A DNA stretch of 64,000 nt from a virus: the IMG/VR virus record IMGVR_UViG_3300009529_000001, positions 1 through 64,000 of that record. One strand, 5' to 3'. This document shows positions 27,639 through 37,570 of this stretch, one piece after another; positions within the stretch are counted from its first letter, which is position 1; each line of letters opens with the position of its first letter. The position numbers were made by a program, and so were the translations under genes. The notes under the pieces were generated by a model. That model was not told where the DNA came from and made no database searches. It was given only the letters and a program-made list of their open reading frames with translations.

Positions 27639-28235
27639 ATGGCTAAAGATGATTGTTTAGAAGTTGCATATGGGCTGAATTTTAAGACAGGAGAAAAGGG
27701 CGTTTACAGTATTAATCTTCGGAGAATAGCAAGTGGCACAAAGAAAGGGTTTTCTAAACTAGCTGATGAAGCTGAAGAAATTTGGAAAACTCTTGAAGAA
27801 GAAGGTAAAACCATAAGTAAACCGGGCGAAAATGATAATGACGACGACGATGATGACGAGGATGATGACGAGGAAGAGAGTGAAGAAGAAAAGTCTGACG
27901 ATGAAGATGGCGATGGCGATGACGATGACGACGATGATGACGAAGATGAAGAAGATGAAGATGGCGATGACGACGATGACGACGATGATGACGAAGATGA
28001 AGAAGATGAAGATGGCGATGACGACGATGACGACGATGACGACGATGATGACGAAGATGAAGATGACGAAGAGGACGAAGAAAAGAATTACGATAAAATG
28101 GATGAAGATGAATTGCGTAAGCTTTGTAAAGAGAAGAAGATTAAAAAGACTCCAAATGGTAAGACCATTAAGAAAGCTAAAAAGGGTCAGTTGATTGCTG
28201 CATTAGAGGAAAAGGATGAAAAAGACGAAGATTAA
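27639..28235 (+). CDS. Extremely acidic protein with C-terminal Rho-N/SAP-like helical motif
   Basis: AGGAGG RBS; ~85-aa D/E tract; YDKMDEDELRKLCKEKKI...KKGQLIAALE. Confidence 0.8.
   Translation: MAKDDCLEVAYGLNFKTGEKGVYSINLRRIASGTKKGFSKLADEAEEIWKTLEEEGKTISKPGENDNDDDDDDEDDDEEESEEEKSDDEDGDGDDDDDDDDEDEEDEDGDDDDDDDDDEDEEDEDGDDDDDDDDDDDDEDEDDEEDEEKNYDKMDEDELRKLCKEKKIKKTPNGKTIKKAKKGQLIAALEEKDEKDED
27830..28085 (+). repeat. GAY/GAR low-complexity tandem repeat (~51-bp unit encoding DEDGDDDDDDDDDEDEE, about 3 copies)
   Basis: Read directly. Confidence 0.9.
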
Positions 28236-28821
28236 TTTACCCGAAAAAGAAAAAGTTGCTAAAAGGCAACTTAAATCTATGAAGGTAAAAGTTTGGGAAG
28301 ATAAAGGCAACTTTGTCTTTGAATTTAGACCAGAGATTATATCAGAAATAAGACAATTAGGATTTATTCTGGAAGTTCTGGAAGTGGGCGGGGGGGAACT
28401 TCCTTTACCAGCGTTAGCTGACCATATAGATAAACAAGCCGCATTAGAAGCTTATTGGTCAGCAGCAGCGGAACGAGCGAGATATAAATTACAGCTTCAA
28501 CAGGATAAATGGGATAGGTGGTATAATAAAGCTTACATGTGGGCTTTTGATGAATTGAAGCTTGTAGATGGTGTTCCTAAGCCTACTGCGAGGGAAATCG
28601 AAGCGAAGATATATAAAACTTTTAGTAAAAAATATGACAAGAAAAAAGAAAAATTAAGAGAATTTGAATATAATTATCGTTTATTATGTAATGTATGCCA
28701 TGCTTCTATTGTGACAAAAGGAAAAATGTTACAATCTTTAAGGAATATATTACAAGGAAGTAATGCTGATGGTATCGAAGTTAAGAGAACAGAAATTACA
28801 GATGTTGGAATTAAAGTTTAG
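28216..28821 (+). CDS. UvsY-like recombination mediator
   Basis: Helical; KPTAREIEAKI...KGKMLQSL pattern; near RecA. Confidence 0.5.
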   Translation: MKKTKINLPEKEKVAKRQLKSMKVKVWEDKGNFVFEFRPEIISEIRQLGFILEVLEVGGGELPLPALADHIDKQAALEAYWSAAAERARYKLQLQQDKWDRWYNKAYMWAFDELKLVDGVPKPTAREIEAKIYKTFSKKYDKKKEKLREFEYNYRLLCNVCHASIVTKGKMLQSLRNILQGSNADGIEVKRTEITDVGIKV

Positions 28822-28824
28822 GAG

Positions 28825-29277
28825 ATGATTATGGGAAAGAAAAAGAAGGGTAAGGTAAAAGTTTCTGCTATTCCTGTATCTGATAAAGCGGACGATATTG
28901 TACGAGTGGAACCTGATGAATGGTACAAAGTAGAATTTTTAGAAGCAACTTTAGGTGAAGGTTCATACGGTCCTTATATTATAATGAATTTTAAGTTACG
29001 GAGTGGACATTTTGAAAATTCAGAAAAATCGGCCAAAGGATGGAAGGTAAATAGATTAGTTAATGCTAAGATTCACGAAGATAGTGATCTTTATAAGAAT
29101 TTTGTAAAAATAATGATGGGTAAAAAACCTTTGAAAAAAGGTAAAAAAATTGATCTTACCGCATACTATGGTAATCGTTATTTAGGATTGGTACGTGATA
29201 GAAAACAAAAGAAAGGTGAGACTGGTCCTGTTCGACAGCATCTTGAAAAAATTAAATTACTTAAGAAAAAGAAGTAA
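28825..29277 (+). CDS. Putative OB-fold single-stranded DNA-binding protein (DUF669-like)
   Basis: VEPDEWYKVEFLEATLGEGSYGPYIIMNFKL pattern; directly upstream of RecA. Confidence 0.5.
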   Translation: MIMGKKKKGKVKVSAIPVSDKADDIVRVEPDEWYKVEFLEATLGEGSYGPYIIMNFKLRSGHFENSEKSAKGWKVNRLVNAKIHEDSDLYKNFVKIMMGKKPLKKGKKIDLTAYYGNRYLGLVRDRKQKKGETGPVRQHLEKIKLLKKKK

Positions 29278-30392
29278 TGTCTATAATCCAGGATATTGTT
29301 GATACTGTTGAGAAGAGTTTTGGCAAAGGATCAGCAATGATCCTTAGTTCAAAACCAAGGAAAGTTCCTATACTTTCTACAGGAGTTCCACAAGTAGATA
29401 AAGCATTAGGTGTAGGTGGACTTCCAAAGGGTAGGATAATAGAAATATATGGCCCTGAATCTTCTGGTAAAACCACATTAGCTCTTCACATCATAGCTCA
29501 AGCACAAAAGGAAGGCGGTATTGCTGCATTTGTGGATGTTGAACATGCTTTAGATCCAAAGTATGCAAAGGCATTAGGAGTTGATATAAATAGTTTGATA
29601 CTTAGTCAACCTGATAGTGGAGAAGAGGCTTTAGGAATTACACAGACTTATATTCAAACAGGAGAGTGTGCTGTAGTTGTGGTAGATACTGTTGCTGCGC
29701 TTGTTCCCTTGGCAGAAATAAAAGGCAACATAGGAGATGCTCATATAGGTCTTCAGGCTCGGCTAATGGGACAAGCTTTAAGAAAATTGACTGGTGTAGT
29801 TTCAAATACCCAGACAATTCTTATATTTATTAATCAAATTCGTGAAAAAATAGGTGTAAAATTTGGATCTCCTGAGACTACTCCTGGAGGACGTGCATTA
29901 AAATTTTATGCAAGTGTAAGAATTGATGTTAGACGAATAGGTAGTGAAAAAGAAGGATCAGATGATAATGCAGAAATTGTTGGAAACAAAACAAAAATTA
30001 CAATTAGAAAAAATAAGGTTGCTCCTCCTTTCAAAATTGCTGAAGCTGTGTTGATTTTTGGAAAAGGGTTTAGTGTTCCACATAATTTTTTCCCTGCCGC
30101 TTTGGCAGTAGGATTAATAACGAAAAAGAAAAATACTTTTTCTCTTAATGGGGAAAAATTAGCTGTTGGGAAAAGGAAAGTTGTCGAAGTTTTGGAATCT
30201 AGATATGAGAAAGATGAGTTAACAGAAATGCTGAAAACTTACATGACTAACAGTTCAAGAATCAATAAACTTAAAAGAAAAGTGGAAAAGTTTTCTGCAA
30301 AACTTGAAAAACTAGACGAAGAGTCTGATGAATATTCAAGGATAGAAAAAAAGCTTAATAAGGCTAAGAAGCAATTGGAGGAATTAGAATGA
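29277..30392 (+). CDS. recA: Recombinase RecA
   Basis: GPESSGKTT, DVEHALDP, QPDSGEEAL, GLQARLMGQALRK, FINQIREKIG, PGGRALKFYAS. Confidence 0.98.
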   Translation: MSIIQDIVDTVEKSFGKGSAMILSSKPRKVPILSTGVPQVDKALGVGGLPKGRIIEIYGPESSGKTTLALHIIAQAQKEGGIAAFVDVEHALDPKYAKALGVDINSLILSQPDSGEEALGITQTYIQTGECAVVVVDTVAALVPLAEIKGNIGDAHIGLQARLMGQALRKLTGVVSNTQTILIFINQIREKIGVKFGSPETTPGGRALKFYASVRIDVRRIGSEKEGSDDNAEIVGNKTKITIRKNKVAPPFKIAEAVLIFGKGFSVPHNFFPAALAVGLITKKKNTFSLNGEKLAVGKRKVVEVLESRYEKDELTEMLKTYMTNSSRINKLKRKVEKFSAKLEKLDEESDEYSRIEKKLNKAKKQLEELE

Positions 30393-30565
30393 ATATTGCT
30401 ATTCCAGAATGGTTAGCAATTTTTCTTTGTGTTAGTGGAGTTTTATTTTGGTTTGTAATTTTTATATTAGGATGTTCTGTTGTTTATAAATTTAAACCAA
30501 AGAAACCGTTTCCCGATCGTGTAGTTGATGCTTTAACAGGAGAATCTAAACATGGGAACAATTAA
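30389..30565 (+). CDS. Small membrane protein (58 aa)
   Basis: GGAGG RBS, ATGA overlap; MNIAIPEWLAIFLCVSGVLFWFVIFILG; not in ORF track. Confidence 0.6.
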   Translation: MNIAIPEWLAIFLCVSGVLFWFVIFILGCSVVYKFKPKKPFPDRVVDALTGESKHGNN

Positions 30566-30986
30566 GATTTATTGTGCTCCACATTATAAAGGCGATCCAC
30601 CTTCTATAAAGTCTGGAGATGCAGGAATTGATCTGAGATCTGCATATCCTGTTAGAATGTTTAGTAAGGAAGATGGACAAATTTCAGTTCCAACAGGAAT
30701 ACATGTAGAAATTCCTTCAGGAATGTGTGGTTTGATATGGGGGCGTAGCGGTAAGGCTAAAGATACTGGTCTGCACATACATGCAGGTGTCATTGATGAG
30801 ACATATAGAGGTGAGATACAATGCATTGTATCTGCTATTCATCCTATGTCGCTAGAGGAGGGTGAACGTTTTGCACAGATGGTAGTTGTTCCTTACTTTA
30901 ATGTAATTGAAATAGTTAGAGATCTTAATGATCTTTCGGAAACAGGTCGTGGAGAAAAAGGATTTGGAGCAAGTGGTAAACAATGA
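30552..30986 (+). CDS. dut: Trimeric dUTPase
   Basis: AGIDL, GRSG, GVIDETYRGE, RFAQ, RGEKGFGASG motifs I-V. Confidence 0.96.
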   Translation: MGTIKIYCAPHYKGDPPSIKSGDAGIDLRSAYPVRMFSKEDGQISVPTGIHVEIPSGMCGLIWGRSGKAKDTGLHIHAGVIDETYRGEIQCIVSAIHPMSLEEGERFAQMVVVPYFNVIEIVRDLNDLSETGRGEKGFGASGKQ

Positions 30987-31357
30987 AGCGCAAGATATCA
31001 AAAAAACGTGGTGGCAAAAGATTCCTTAAAAAGAAAAAGGTTAAAGGAAGTTATAGATTATTTCCTGTAATGTTTTGTCTTAGGGAAAAATTAGTAATTG
31101 GTTTATCAAAACTTCCCATGAAATTTAAGGCAAGTAAGTATGGGAAGATCACACCAAAATATAAAGTGAATTTCAAACATTGGCGTCCTTCAGTTTGTCA
31201 ATTTAGAAGTAAAGAATATATAGTTGATTTAAGTCAGTATGATGAGAATAGTTCTAAAATTAGATGTTCTAAATGTAATGGATATATAGATTTTAGGTTA
31301 TTTCCTTCAGCTAAAATCCCTCAATTGGTTGAAGTTTATGAAAAAACTGATTCTTAA
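30983..31357 (+). CDS. Basic hypothetical protein with CxxC
   Basis: Coupled ORF; CSKC. Confidence 0.6.
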   Translation: MKRKISKKRGGKRFLKKKKVKGSYRLFPVMFCLREKLVIGLSKLPMKFKASKYGKITPKYKVNFKHWRPSVCQFRSKEYIVDLSQYDENSSKIRCSKCNGYIDFRLFPSAKIPQLVEVYEKTDS

Positions 31358-32252
31358 AAATTTTCAAATCCATAAGAAATTAATCATAGATTTTGATGAA
31401 GGATTCAATGTAATTTTAGGTGATAATGATCGGGGTAAATCTTCCATAATCAGAGCTTTAAATTGGATTTTTTATAATACTCCTGCCGGTGATTGGATGC
31501 GGCGGTATGATGGGAAGAAATACCATACTACAACAGCAAAAATAATTTTTAAGAACGGAAATATAATTAAGAGAATTAAAGGAGAAAACGAAAATAAATA
31601 TGTTGTTAATGGTGAGGAATATGAAAATTTTGGTTTTGATGTTCCTGATCCTGTAAAAAAGATATTAAATATAAAGAAGATGAAGATAGGATCTGTCCAA
31701 ATTTTGCCACATATAGCAATGCAGGACGATCCTTTATTTTTGCTATATGAATCATCGACTGTAAAAGCCTCTGTTATAAATATGCTGACTGGAGCAGAAA
31801 TTTTACAAAAAGCAATCAAAGAATTTAATAAGGACAAAAGAAACAATGACAAAAGAATGAGATTAAACGAAGAAGATATTAAGAATTTTGAAAAAGAGAT
31901 AGAAAAACTTAAATTTTTAGATATTCTGGGTGAAAAAACTCAAAAAATTAAGAAAAAATTTGAAAAATTTCAAAAATTATCAAAGAAATATGATTTTTTA
32001 GTTATTTCTCTATCTTTATTGCAAGCACATCAAAAAACTATTGATAGAACAATACCAGATATTAAAAAAATCGAGAAAATTATATTGAATTTAATAGAAA
32101 AACGAGATTTAAAGCAAAATTTATTGAGAAATTTACAGATTTTAATAGAAAATGAAAAGATTGTAATGCAATCTAAAAAAGAAATAAAAAAACTTCAGGA
32201 TGAATTACAGAAATTTCCTGATATTTGTTCTGAATGTGGAAGACCAATATGA
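31338..32252 (+). CDS. SbcC/Rad50-like ATPase, N-terminal half
   Basis: LKNFQIH, GDNDRGKSS Walker A, Q-loop, coiled coil ending at zinc hook CSECG. Confidence 0.9.
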   Translation: MKKLILKNFQIHKKLIIDFDEGFNVILGDNDRGKSSIIRALNWIFYNTPAGDWMRRYDGKKYHTTTAKIIFKNGNIIKRIKGENENKYVVNGEEYENFGFDVPDPVKKILNIKKMKIGSVQILPHIAMQDDPLFLLYESSTVKASVINMLTGAEILQKAIKEFNKDKRNNDKRMRLNEEDIKNFEKEIEKLKFLDILGEKTQKIKKKFEKFQKLSKKYDFLVISLSLLQAHQKTIDRTIPDIKKIEKIILNLIEKRDLKQNLLRNLQILIENEKIVMQSKKEIKKLQDELQKFPDICSECGRPI

Positions 32253-33181
32253 AAATGATTTTTATGACAGATTCTCATTTTAGAGCAAAGACTCCCGTAA
32301 GTCGGACTGATAATTTTTTTGAATCTTTATTAAAAAAGTTTAAATGGGTATTGAAATTTGCTAAGAAGCAGAAAGCTTTTATTGTCCACGGTGGTGATTT
32401 TTTTGATAGTCCACGAGTAGCAGATTATGTAGCTGTAGCTGTGGCAGATTTGATCTATAAATATAAGGTCCATATCTATTGCATTTTAGGACAACATGAT
32501 TTGATTGGGAAAAATATTGATTCTTATGAGCAGACTAAGATGGGAATATTTAAACGATTAAAATATTTTCATCTTATAGGTAATAAAGTAGTCATAAAAG
32601 GAAGTATAGCTATACATGGATTAGACTTCGATAAGGAAAATCCAGTTCCCAATACAATTCATGTAGATAGGGTGAAAAAAAAGTTCAACATTGTGGTTGT
32701 TCATGGATTGATTGCGGATAGAGATTTGAATGTCAGAGGAAAAGATAAATTAATAGAATGGAACAGAGTTGTAACCAATGCCGATCTTCTATTGTCCGGG
32801 GATTATCATCCTGGATATGGATATCAGTTTCATACGTTGATCGGAGCATTTTGTAACCCCGGATCCTTTGCGCGTCTTAGTACATCAGACGGCAAGGAAG
32901 ATCGTAAGCCTTGTTTGGGTATATTTGAGTTTAGTAAGTCGTCTATGACAGACTGGAGCGTTCAAGAGATACCTTGTATAGAACAACCCTTTAACTTAAA
33001 AGCTTTAGCGAAGGAAGTAACTGCTCAAGAAGAAAAAGATAAATTTTTGAAAGCTTTGAATGAACTATCAAGAGTTGAAGTTGCTGGTGAAAACGTATTA
33101 AAAATGTTGGACACTGTGGATAAGTATCCTAAGGATATTGTGAAAAAATGTAAAGAAAAAGTGGAGAGTTTGAATGTCTGA
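32249..33181 (+). CDS. SbcD/Mre11-like metallophosphoesterase nuclease
   Basis: DSH, GGDFFD, GQHD, VHG, GDYH, NPGS. Confidence 0.92.
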   Translation: MKMIFMTDSHFRAKTPVSRTDNFFESLLKKFKWVLKFAKKQKAFIVHGGDFFDSPRVADYVAVAVADLIYKYKVHIYCILGQHDLIGKNIDSYEQTKMGIFKRLKYFHLIGNKVVIKGSIAIHGLDFDKENPVPNTIHVDRVKKKFNIVVVHGLIADRDLNVRGKDKLIEWNRVVTNADLLLSGDYHPGYGYQFHTLIGAFCNPGSFARLSTSDGKEDRKPCLGIFEFSKSSMTDWSVQEIPCIEQPFNLKALAKEVTAQEEKDKFLKALNELSRVEVAGENVLKMLDTVDKYPKDIVKKCKEKVESLNV

Positions 33182-33413
33182 CATTATTAAAAAAGTCAAG
33201 CGACTTAAAGATAAAATATCAGAGTTGGAAACTGGTAAGAAAATTGCTGAGCACGAGATTGAGAAAATCCATAAAGAATTAGAAGAGGCAGATATAAAGC
33301 CTGAAAATCTTAAGGAAGAAATAGAAAAATTTAGTAAAGATATTAAAAAAATATCTAAGAAATTAGAGAAAGCTGTTAAGAATGCTGAACAAATTATTGA
33401 ACAGAATAAATAG
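33174..33413 (+). CDS. Small coiled-coil protein
   Basis: Heptad-rich 79 aa between SbcD and the SbcC C-half. Confidence 0.7.
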   Translation: MSDIIKKVKRLKDKISELETGKKIAEHEIEKIHKELEEADIKPENLKEEIEKFSKDIKKISKKLEKAVKNAEQIIEQNK

Positions 33414-33978
33414 TATAGATAAATTTTATATTGCTGAGAACGGAAGACGTGATGAACTGTATCGTCAATTAAAATCAAAGAAGAAAACAAATAAAAAATT
33501 AAAAAAGGAAAATAAGGACATTGAAAAATGTATTATGTTGTTGGATTATATTACGGCGAATACCGAAGGAAAAATTATAGAATTGTTTCAATCAACAATC
33601 AGTGCAGCATTAAAAGATATTTTTGACGATAGTTATGATTTTAGATTTAATTTTAAGAAAAGAGGCAATGTATCTTCTTGTGATTATGAAATACGAAGTA
33701 GTGAATTTCCTGAATGGCATAATATTAAAATGTGTAATGGGAAATCTGTTCATCAAATTATTGCATTAGCATTGAGGACAATTATTGTGAAGCTTGATAA
33801 ATCTAGTCCGGATATTATAGGATTCGATGAACCTTTAGATGGTCTTAGACCTGAAAGGCAAAGAATAGCCGGGGAATTTATAAACAATCTTTGCAAAACT
33901 TATGGAATGCAATTTATAACGGTGACTCATTCAGACGAATTAGCTGATCAAGCTGATAAAAGAATGGAAGTGAAATAA
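33382..33978 (+). CDS. SbcC/Rad50-like ATPase, C-terminal half
   Basis: Coiled coil, atypical signature (CNGKS), Walker B IIGFDEP, H-loop VTH. Confidence 0.88.
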   Translation: MLNKLLNRINSIDKFYIAENGRRDELYRQLKSKKKTNKKLKKENKDIEKCIMLLDYITANTEGKIIELFQSTISAALKDIFDDSYDFRFNFKKRGNVSSCDYEIRSSEFPEWHNIKMCNGKSVHQIIALALRTIIVKLDKSSPDIIGFDEPLDGLRPERQRIAGEFINNLCKTYGMQFITVTHSDELADQADKRMEVK

Positions 33979-34712
33979 TGTTAAAAGATATCCTTGCTTG
34001 TATAGTTTGTGGAATGGAACATAGTGGCACAACAATTATGATGAGATTGTTGTGTCAGGATAAAAGGTTAGGAGGTGGGTTAGAGTGCCATGCATTAAGA
34101 CCTAATAAGTTTACAGATTTCAAATACAAAAAATATGCGAAGATATTTAAACAATGTTGGCAGGTAAGCGGAATAGATTTTAGACGATTGACAGATTCTA
34201 ATTCTAAATCTTATGAAGATTTTTTTCGAGATTTACGAGTATGTTCAGGGATTATTAAGGATAAAAGTGTAAGACTGGTAGACAAAACACCATTTTATTT
34301 TTATGATCTTGATAAGCTTTTTGATAGGGTAGGCGATGTTCCTGTAATTGTAATGAGAAAAGATCCACGAAATATGATATCGTCTTTGACAAGAAGAAGA
34401 GTTATGTTGAAAAGAGCTATCAAACTTTATAAAGAATATTATGAAGAAAAATTACCATCATTGATTGAAAAGTATAAAGGAAGATTACAGGTAATCCAGT
34501 GGGAATGGTTGCTTAAAAATCCTGAAAAAGTTTTAAGAAAAGTGTTTAAATTTATTGGATTAAAATTTGATTCTGAAACTTATAAAGAAGTATTATCTTG
34601 TGGAATGATAAAAACATTTTTGATCGACGTTTATAAAACAAGAATGTCTCCTGATAATTTAGAAAAAGTAATTGAACAGATTGATCCAAAATGTTTTTTG
34701 AAAGGTATTTAG
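33978..34712 (+). CDS. Sulfotransferase-family protein
   Basis: GMEHSGTT 5'-PSB loop, VDKTP, RKDPRNMISS 3'-PB, WEWLLKNPEKVLRKVFKFIGL. Confidence 0.85.
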   Translation: MLKDILACIVCGMEHSGTTIMMRLLCQDKRLGGGLECHALRPNKFTDFKYKKYAKIFKQCWQVSGIDFRRLTDSNSKSYEDFFRDLRVCSGIIKDKSVRLVDKTPFYFYDLDKLFDRVGDVPVIVMRKDPRNMISSLTRRRVMLKRAIKLYKEYYEEKLPSLIEKYKGRLQVIQWEWLLKNPEKVLRKVFKFIGLKFDSETYKEVLSCGMIKTFLIDVYKTRMSPDNLEKVIEQIDPKCFLKGI

Positions 34713-35174
34713 ATGAAGGAAGCTGTATTATCAAAACAATTGCGTGACGACATTAAAGAATACTTTGACGATGATGTGCATATAAATCTCTTACATGACA
34801 TGAAAAGAACAGGGAAAAAGTTTTATGATTTTTATTTCCTCAAAAATGAAATATTTGTAGCGATTGAATTGAAGGTAGAAGCCGGAATAAGTTTTACTAT
34901 AAATAAAGTTAAACCACATCAACCAGGATTTTTAGATGAGGTAATGTGCCAGGGTGGATTTGCATTTTTTATGATATGTTTCTTCAATAAGAAAAGAATT
35001 TTTATAGTTCCTCCAGGGATGTGGGATTTTTTAGTGATAAAGTCTTTCGGAAGAAAAAGTATTGAATACGGAATGTTCAAACATAATTGTAGGTCGATTA
35101 AACGGAAGAAGATAGATGGTAAAACAAAATGGGACATTAAAAAACTTTGGAAAATGGTGAAAAAATGGCCTTAA
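34713..35174 (+). CDS. PD-(D/E)XK Holliday junction resolvase-like nuclease
   Basis: KEAVL, YDF, AIELK, KPHQ...L motifs. Confidence 0.75.
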   Translation: MKEAVLSKQLRDDIKEYFDDDVHINLLHDMKRTGKKFYDFYFLKNEIFVAIELKVEAGISFTINKVKPHQPGFLDEVMCQGGFAFFMICFFNKKRIFIVPPGMWDFLVIKSFGRKSIEYGMFKHNCRSIKRKKIDGKTKWDIKKLWKMVKKWP

Positions 35175-35458
35175 TAGATATTGATCCCAATTTTAATTAC
35201 CCTAAAATTACGGAAGAAATATGGCATTATGTATTCGGTAGAGACTGTGGAATATGTCAAAGGTGTGGCGGGAAAGGAGAGGAAGTTCATCACATTATCT
35301 TTAGAAGTCACGGCGTGAACAATGCGCCTAATAATTTAATACTTTTATGTGAAAGATGTCACAAAGTTAGAATACATAGAGATTATGAAATAGACCAAAA
35401 TACTTTAATGGTCAGAACAATAGCAAATGAAAAAGCGTTTAGGGAGGCGTTGTTGTGA
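35165..35458 (+). CDS. HNH endonuclease
   Basis: RDCGICQRCG...EVHHIIFRSHG..N..NNLILLCERCH. Confidence 0.9.
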   Translation: MALIDIDPNFNYPKITEEIWHYVFGRDCGICQRCGGKGEEVHHIIFRSHGVNNAPNNLILLCERCHKVRIHRDYEIDQNTLMVRTIANEKAFREALL

Positions 35459-35565
35459 AAAATTACACTAATAAAGATTTTAAAAAAATTGATAAGAAAC
35501 GTCAAAAGGCAGTAACCAAAAAACGAAAGAAAAATCGTTTAGAAAAAAAGATTATTAAGAAATAA
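35455..35565 (+). CDS. Very basic 36-aa peptide
   Basis: GGAGG RBS, GTG start overlapping previous stop; K/R-rich; not in ORF track. Confidence 0.5.
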   Translation: MKNYTNKDFKKIDKKRQKAVTKKRKKNRLEKKIIKK

Positions 35566-35566
35566 T

Positions 35567-35857
35567 ATGCCTACTAAAAATTGTTATTTTTGTAATGTAG
35601 AATTTAATTCATCTGAAGGAGATGAATTAGTTACATGTGATATCTGTGCGGGAATAATTTGTAGAATTGTCAATAGAAGCAAAAAGGTTAGAAAAAAGAT
35701 TATAAAGTCTTTGATTACTGATAACGATTTTATAAAAGAAATAGGTAAAAAACTATTTGAAACACCAATTGTTGATATCGGATTAGGAGGACCGGGCACT
35801 CTTGCCCAATGGTTTTGCGAGAAAAGGAAGAAAAAAGTTAAAAAAGGAACTTCGTAA
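35567..35857 (+). CDS. Zinc-finger hypothetical protein
   Basis: CYFC...CDIC. Confidence 0.6.
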   Translation: MPTKNCYFCNVEFNSSEGDELVTCDICAGIICRIVNRSKKVRKKIIKSLITDNDFIKEIGKKLFETPIVDIGLGGPGTLAQWFCEKRKKKVKKGTS

Positions 35858-36470
35858 ATATATTGAAAAACATTTACCTTATATCCATTTTACAAATAAT
35901 AAAAGAGATGAATTAAATAATTATAGAGAAGATGCTGCTCAACATATAGTCCAAGAATTAATAAAATTATATCCTAAAAAATATAAATATACAGATTTTG
36001 ATTGGGTTACTCGTTCTGCAATCCGCCGTAAATCCATTGATATTACAAATAAATTCGGCAAAAAAGATAAAAGAGAAGTTAGCGAAAATACCAGATTTAA
36101 AATTAGAGATAAAAATACGGATAATTATGACGATAGTTTAGAATTACAAGATGATCTTTATTGTCATCGCGTTAATGAATCTATGAAAGATTGGGAAGAG
36201 AAAACAGTTAGAAAAAGAAAAATAGAATACATAGAAGATCTTGTTTACAAAATTACATATGGATTTTTAAAAGAGGAATTTAATGATTGGGATAGAGAAT
36301 ACCTTGATTCTTTGATATTTCTTTATAATTTAGGATATTCAAATTTTAGTAAAGATGACATATATGAATGTATGGGTTATGATGTTCAAGACAGGCTAAC
36401 ACTTAATAGTAAATTGGTTTTATTTAGGAATAGATTGAAGAAATGCTGGCCTGATAGGATTGTAATATGA
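35802..36470 (+). CDS. Divergent sigma-factor-like protein
   Basis: EDAAQ...IRRKSIDITNK region-2-like; C-terminal helical HTH-like segment. Confidence 0.4.
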   Translation: MPNGFARKGRKKLKKELRKYIEKHLPYIHFTNNKRDELNNYREDAAQHIVQELIKLYPKKYKYTDFDWVTRSAIRRKSIDITNKFGKKDKREVSENTRFKIRDKNTDNYDDSLELQDDLYCHRVNESMKDWEEKTVRKRKIEYIEDLVYKITYGFLKEEFNDWDREYLDSLIFLYNLGYSNFSKDDIYECMGYDVQDRLTLNSKLVLFRNRLKKCWPDRIVI

Positions 36471-37570
36471 ATATAGATTTTGATCCTGCCAAGATTTTAA
36501 TTTACAAAGAACAATTGGATAATATATACAAGGGAGATATTCCTTTACCTATTATGCTTGAAATAGATCCATGTAATTTTTGTAATTTTGGATGTGAATG
36601 GTGTAGTAGCGGACATTATGTTAGAAATGAAAAAGAAATTAAAAGCAAGATGATGATTGATGAAATTAGTTTTAGACACATTCTTGATTTTATGGATGCT
36701 ATAGATACAGTACAAGGAATTTATTGGTGTGGTGGTGGTGAACCTACATTAAATATTTACCTTAAAGAATTGATGACAATAACAAAGAAATTAGGGATTA
36801 AAAATTATATTACGACAAACGGATCTACATTGAAAGTGAAATATAAATATCTTGTCGATTTATGTGATTGGATTGCAGTAAGTGTAAATTCTGGATCAGA
36901 AGAACAATGGAAAAGAATTACAAAAACTAAAATAGAATATGGAAAATATTTGAATGGTCTTTATAATATGTGTCAATATAGAAAACATGGTGCTTTAAGA
37001 GATATGGAGATTAATTTTAAATTCTTTTTTGATCCTTTGTCGTATGTTGATATTGAAAATGCTTATGAACAAGCTATAGATCTTGGATTTACACATGTAA
37101 CTATTAAACCTGTAGATATGTTTGTTTATGAACGTGGAAAAGATAGAAAAAGGTTTGATGAAATTTGGCCTAATCACATTGTAGATAGTGTTAATGCGGC
37201 AATTAATAGAATCAAGGAAAGAAATAAAAGTAGTCCTAAAATCAAATTAGAATGTGGAAGTTTTTATGGAATGTTCAATGTAGATAAAAAAGAACATTTA
37301 AATTTTGATAAGTGTTGGACATCAATGATGGCTCCTGTATTTGGAGCGGATGGTTGGGTTCATCTTTGTTGTGTTAGAAGAGGAGAAAAAAAGTTAGTGA
37401 GATGGGATAATGGTGATCTTTTAGATTTTTGGAATTCAGATGAACATAAAAAAATGGTTTGGGGATTTGATCCTAAAGAAGAATGTCCTGTGCGTTGTAA
37501 GATGGGCATGTATAATCAGCTTTTCCAACAGATTTGGCTTGATAAAAAATTCAATGTAGGACATATCTAA
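36467..37570 (+). CDS. Radical SAM protein with SPASM/twitch domain
   Basis: CNFGCEWC, GGGEPT, TTNG; C-terminal CWT...DGWVHLCC...CPVRC. Confidence 0.93.
   Translation: MNIDFDPAKILIYKEQLDNIYKGDIPLPIMLEIDPCNFCNFGCEWCSSGHYVRNEKEIKSKMMIDEISFRHILDFMDAIDTVQGIYWCGGGEPTLNIYLKELMTITKKLGIKNYITTNGSTLKVKYKYLVDLCDWIAVSVNSGSEEQWKRITKTKIEYGKYLNGLYNMCQYRKHGALRDMEINFKFFFDPLSYVDIENAYEQAIDLGFTHVTIKPVDMFVYERGKDRKRFDEIWPNHIVDSVNAAINRIKERNKSSPKIKLECGSFYGMFNVDKKEHLNFDKCWTSMMAPVFGADGWVHLCCVRRGEKKLVRWDNGDLLDFWNSDEHKKMVWGFDPKEECPVRCKMGMYNQLFQQIWLDKKFNVGHI

Noticed and set aside
27832-28194. Met/Thr/Lys-rich alternative-frame ORF (also 40498-40701)
   Set aside because: By-product of GAT/GAC/GAA repeats read in another frame.
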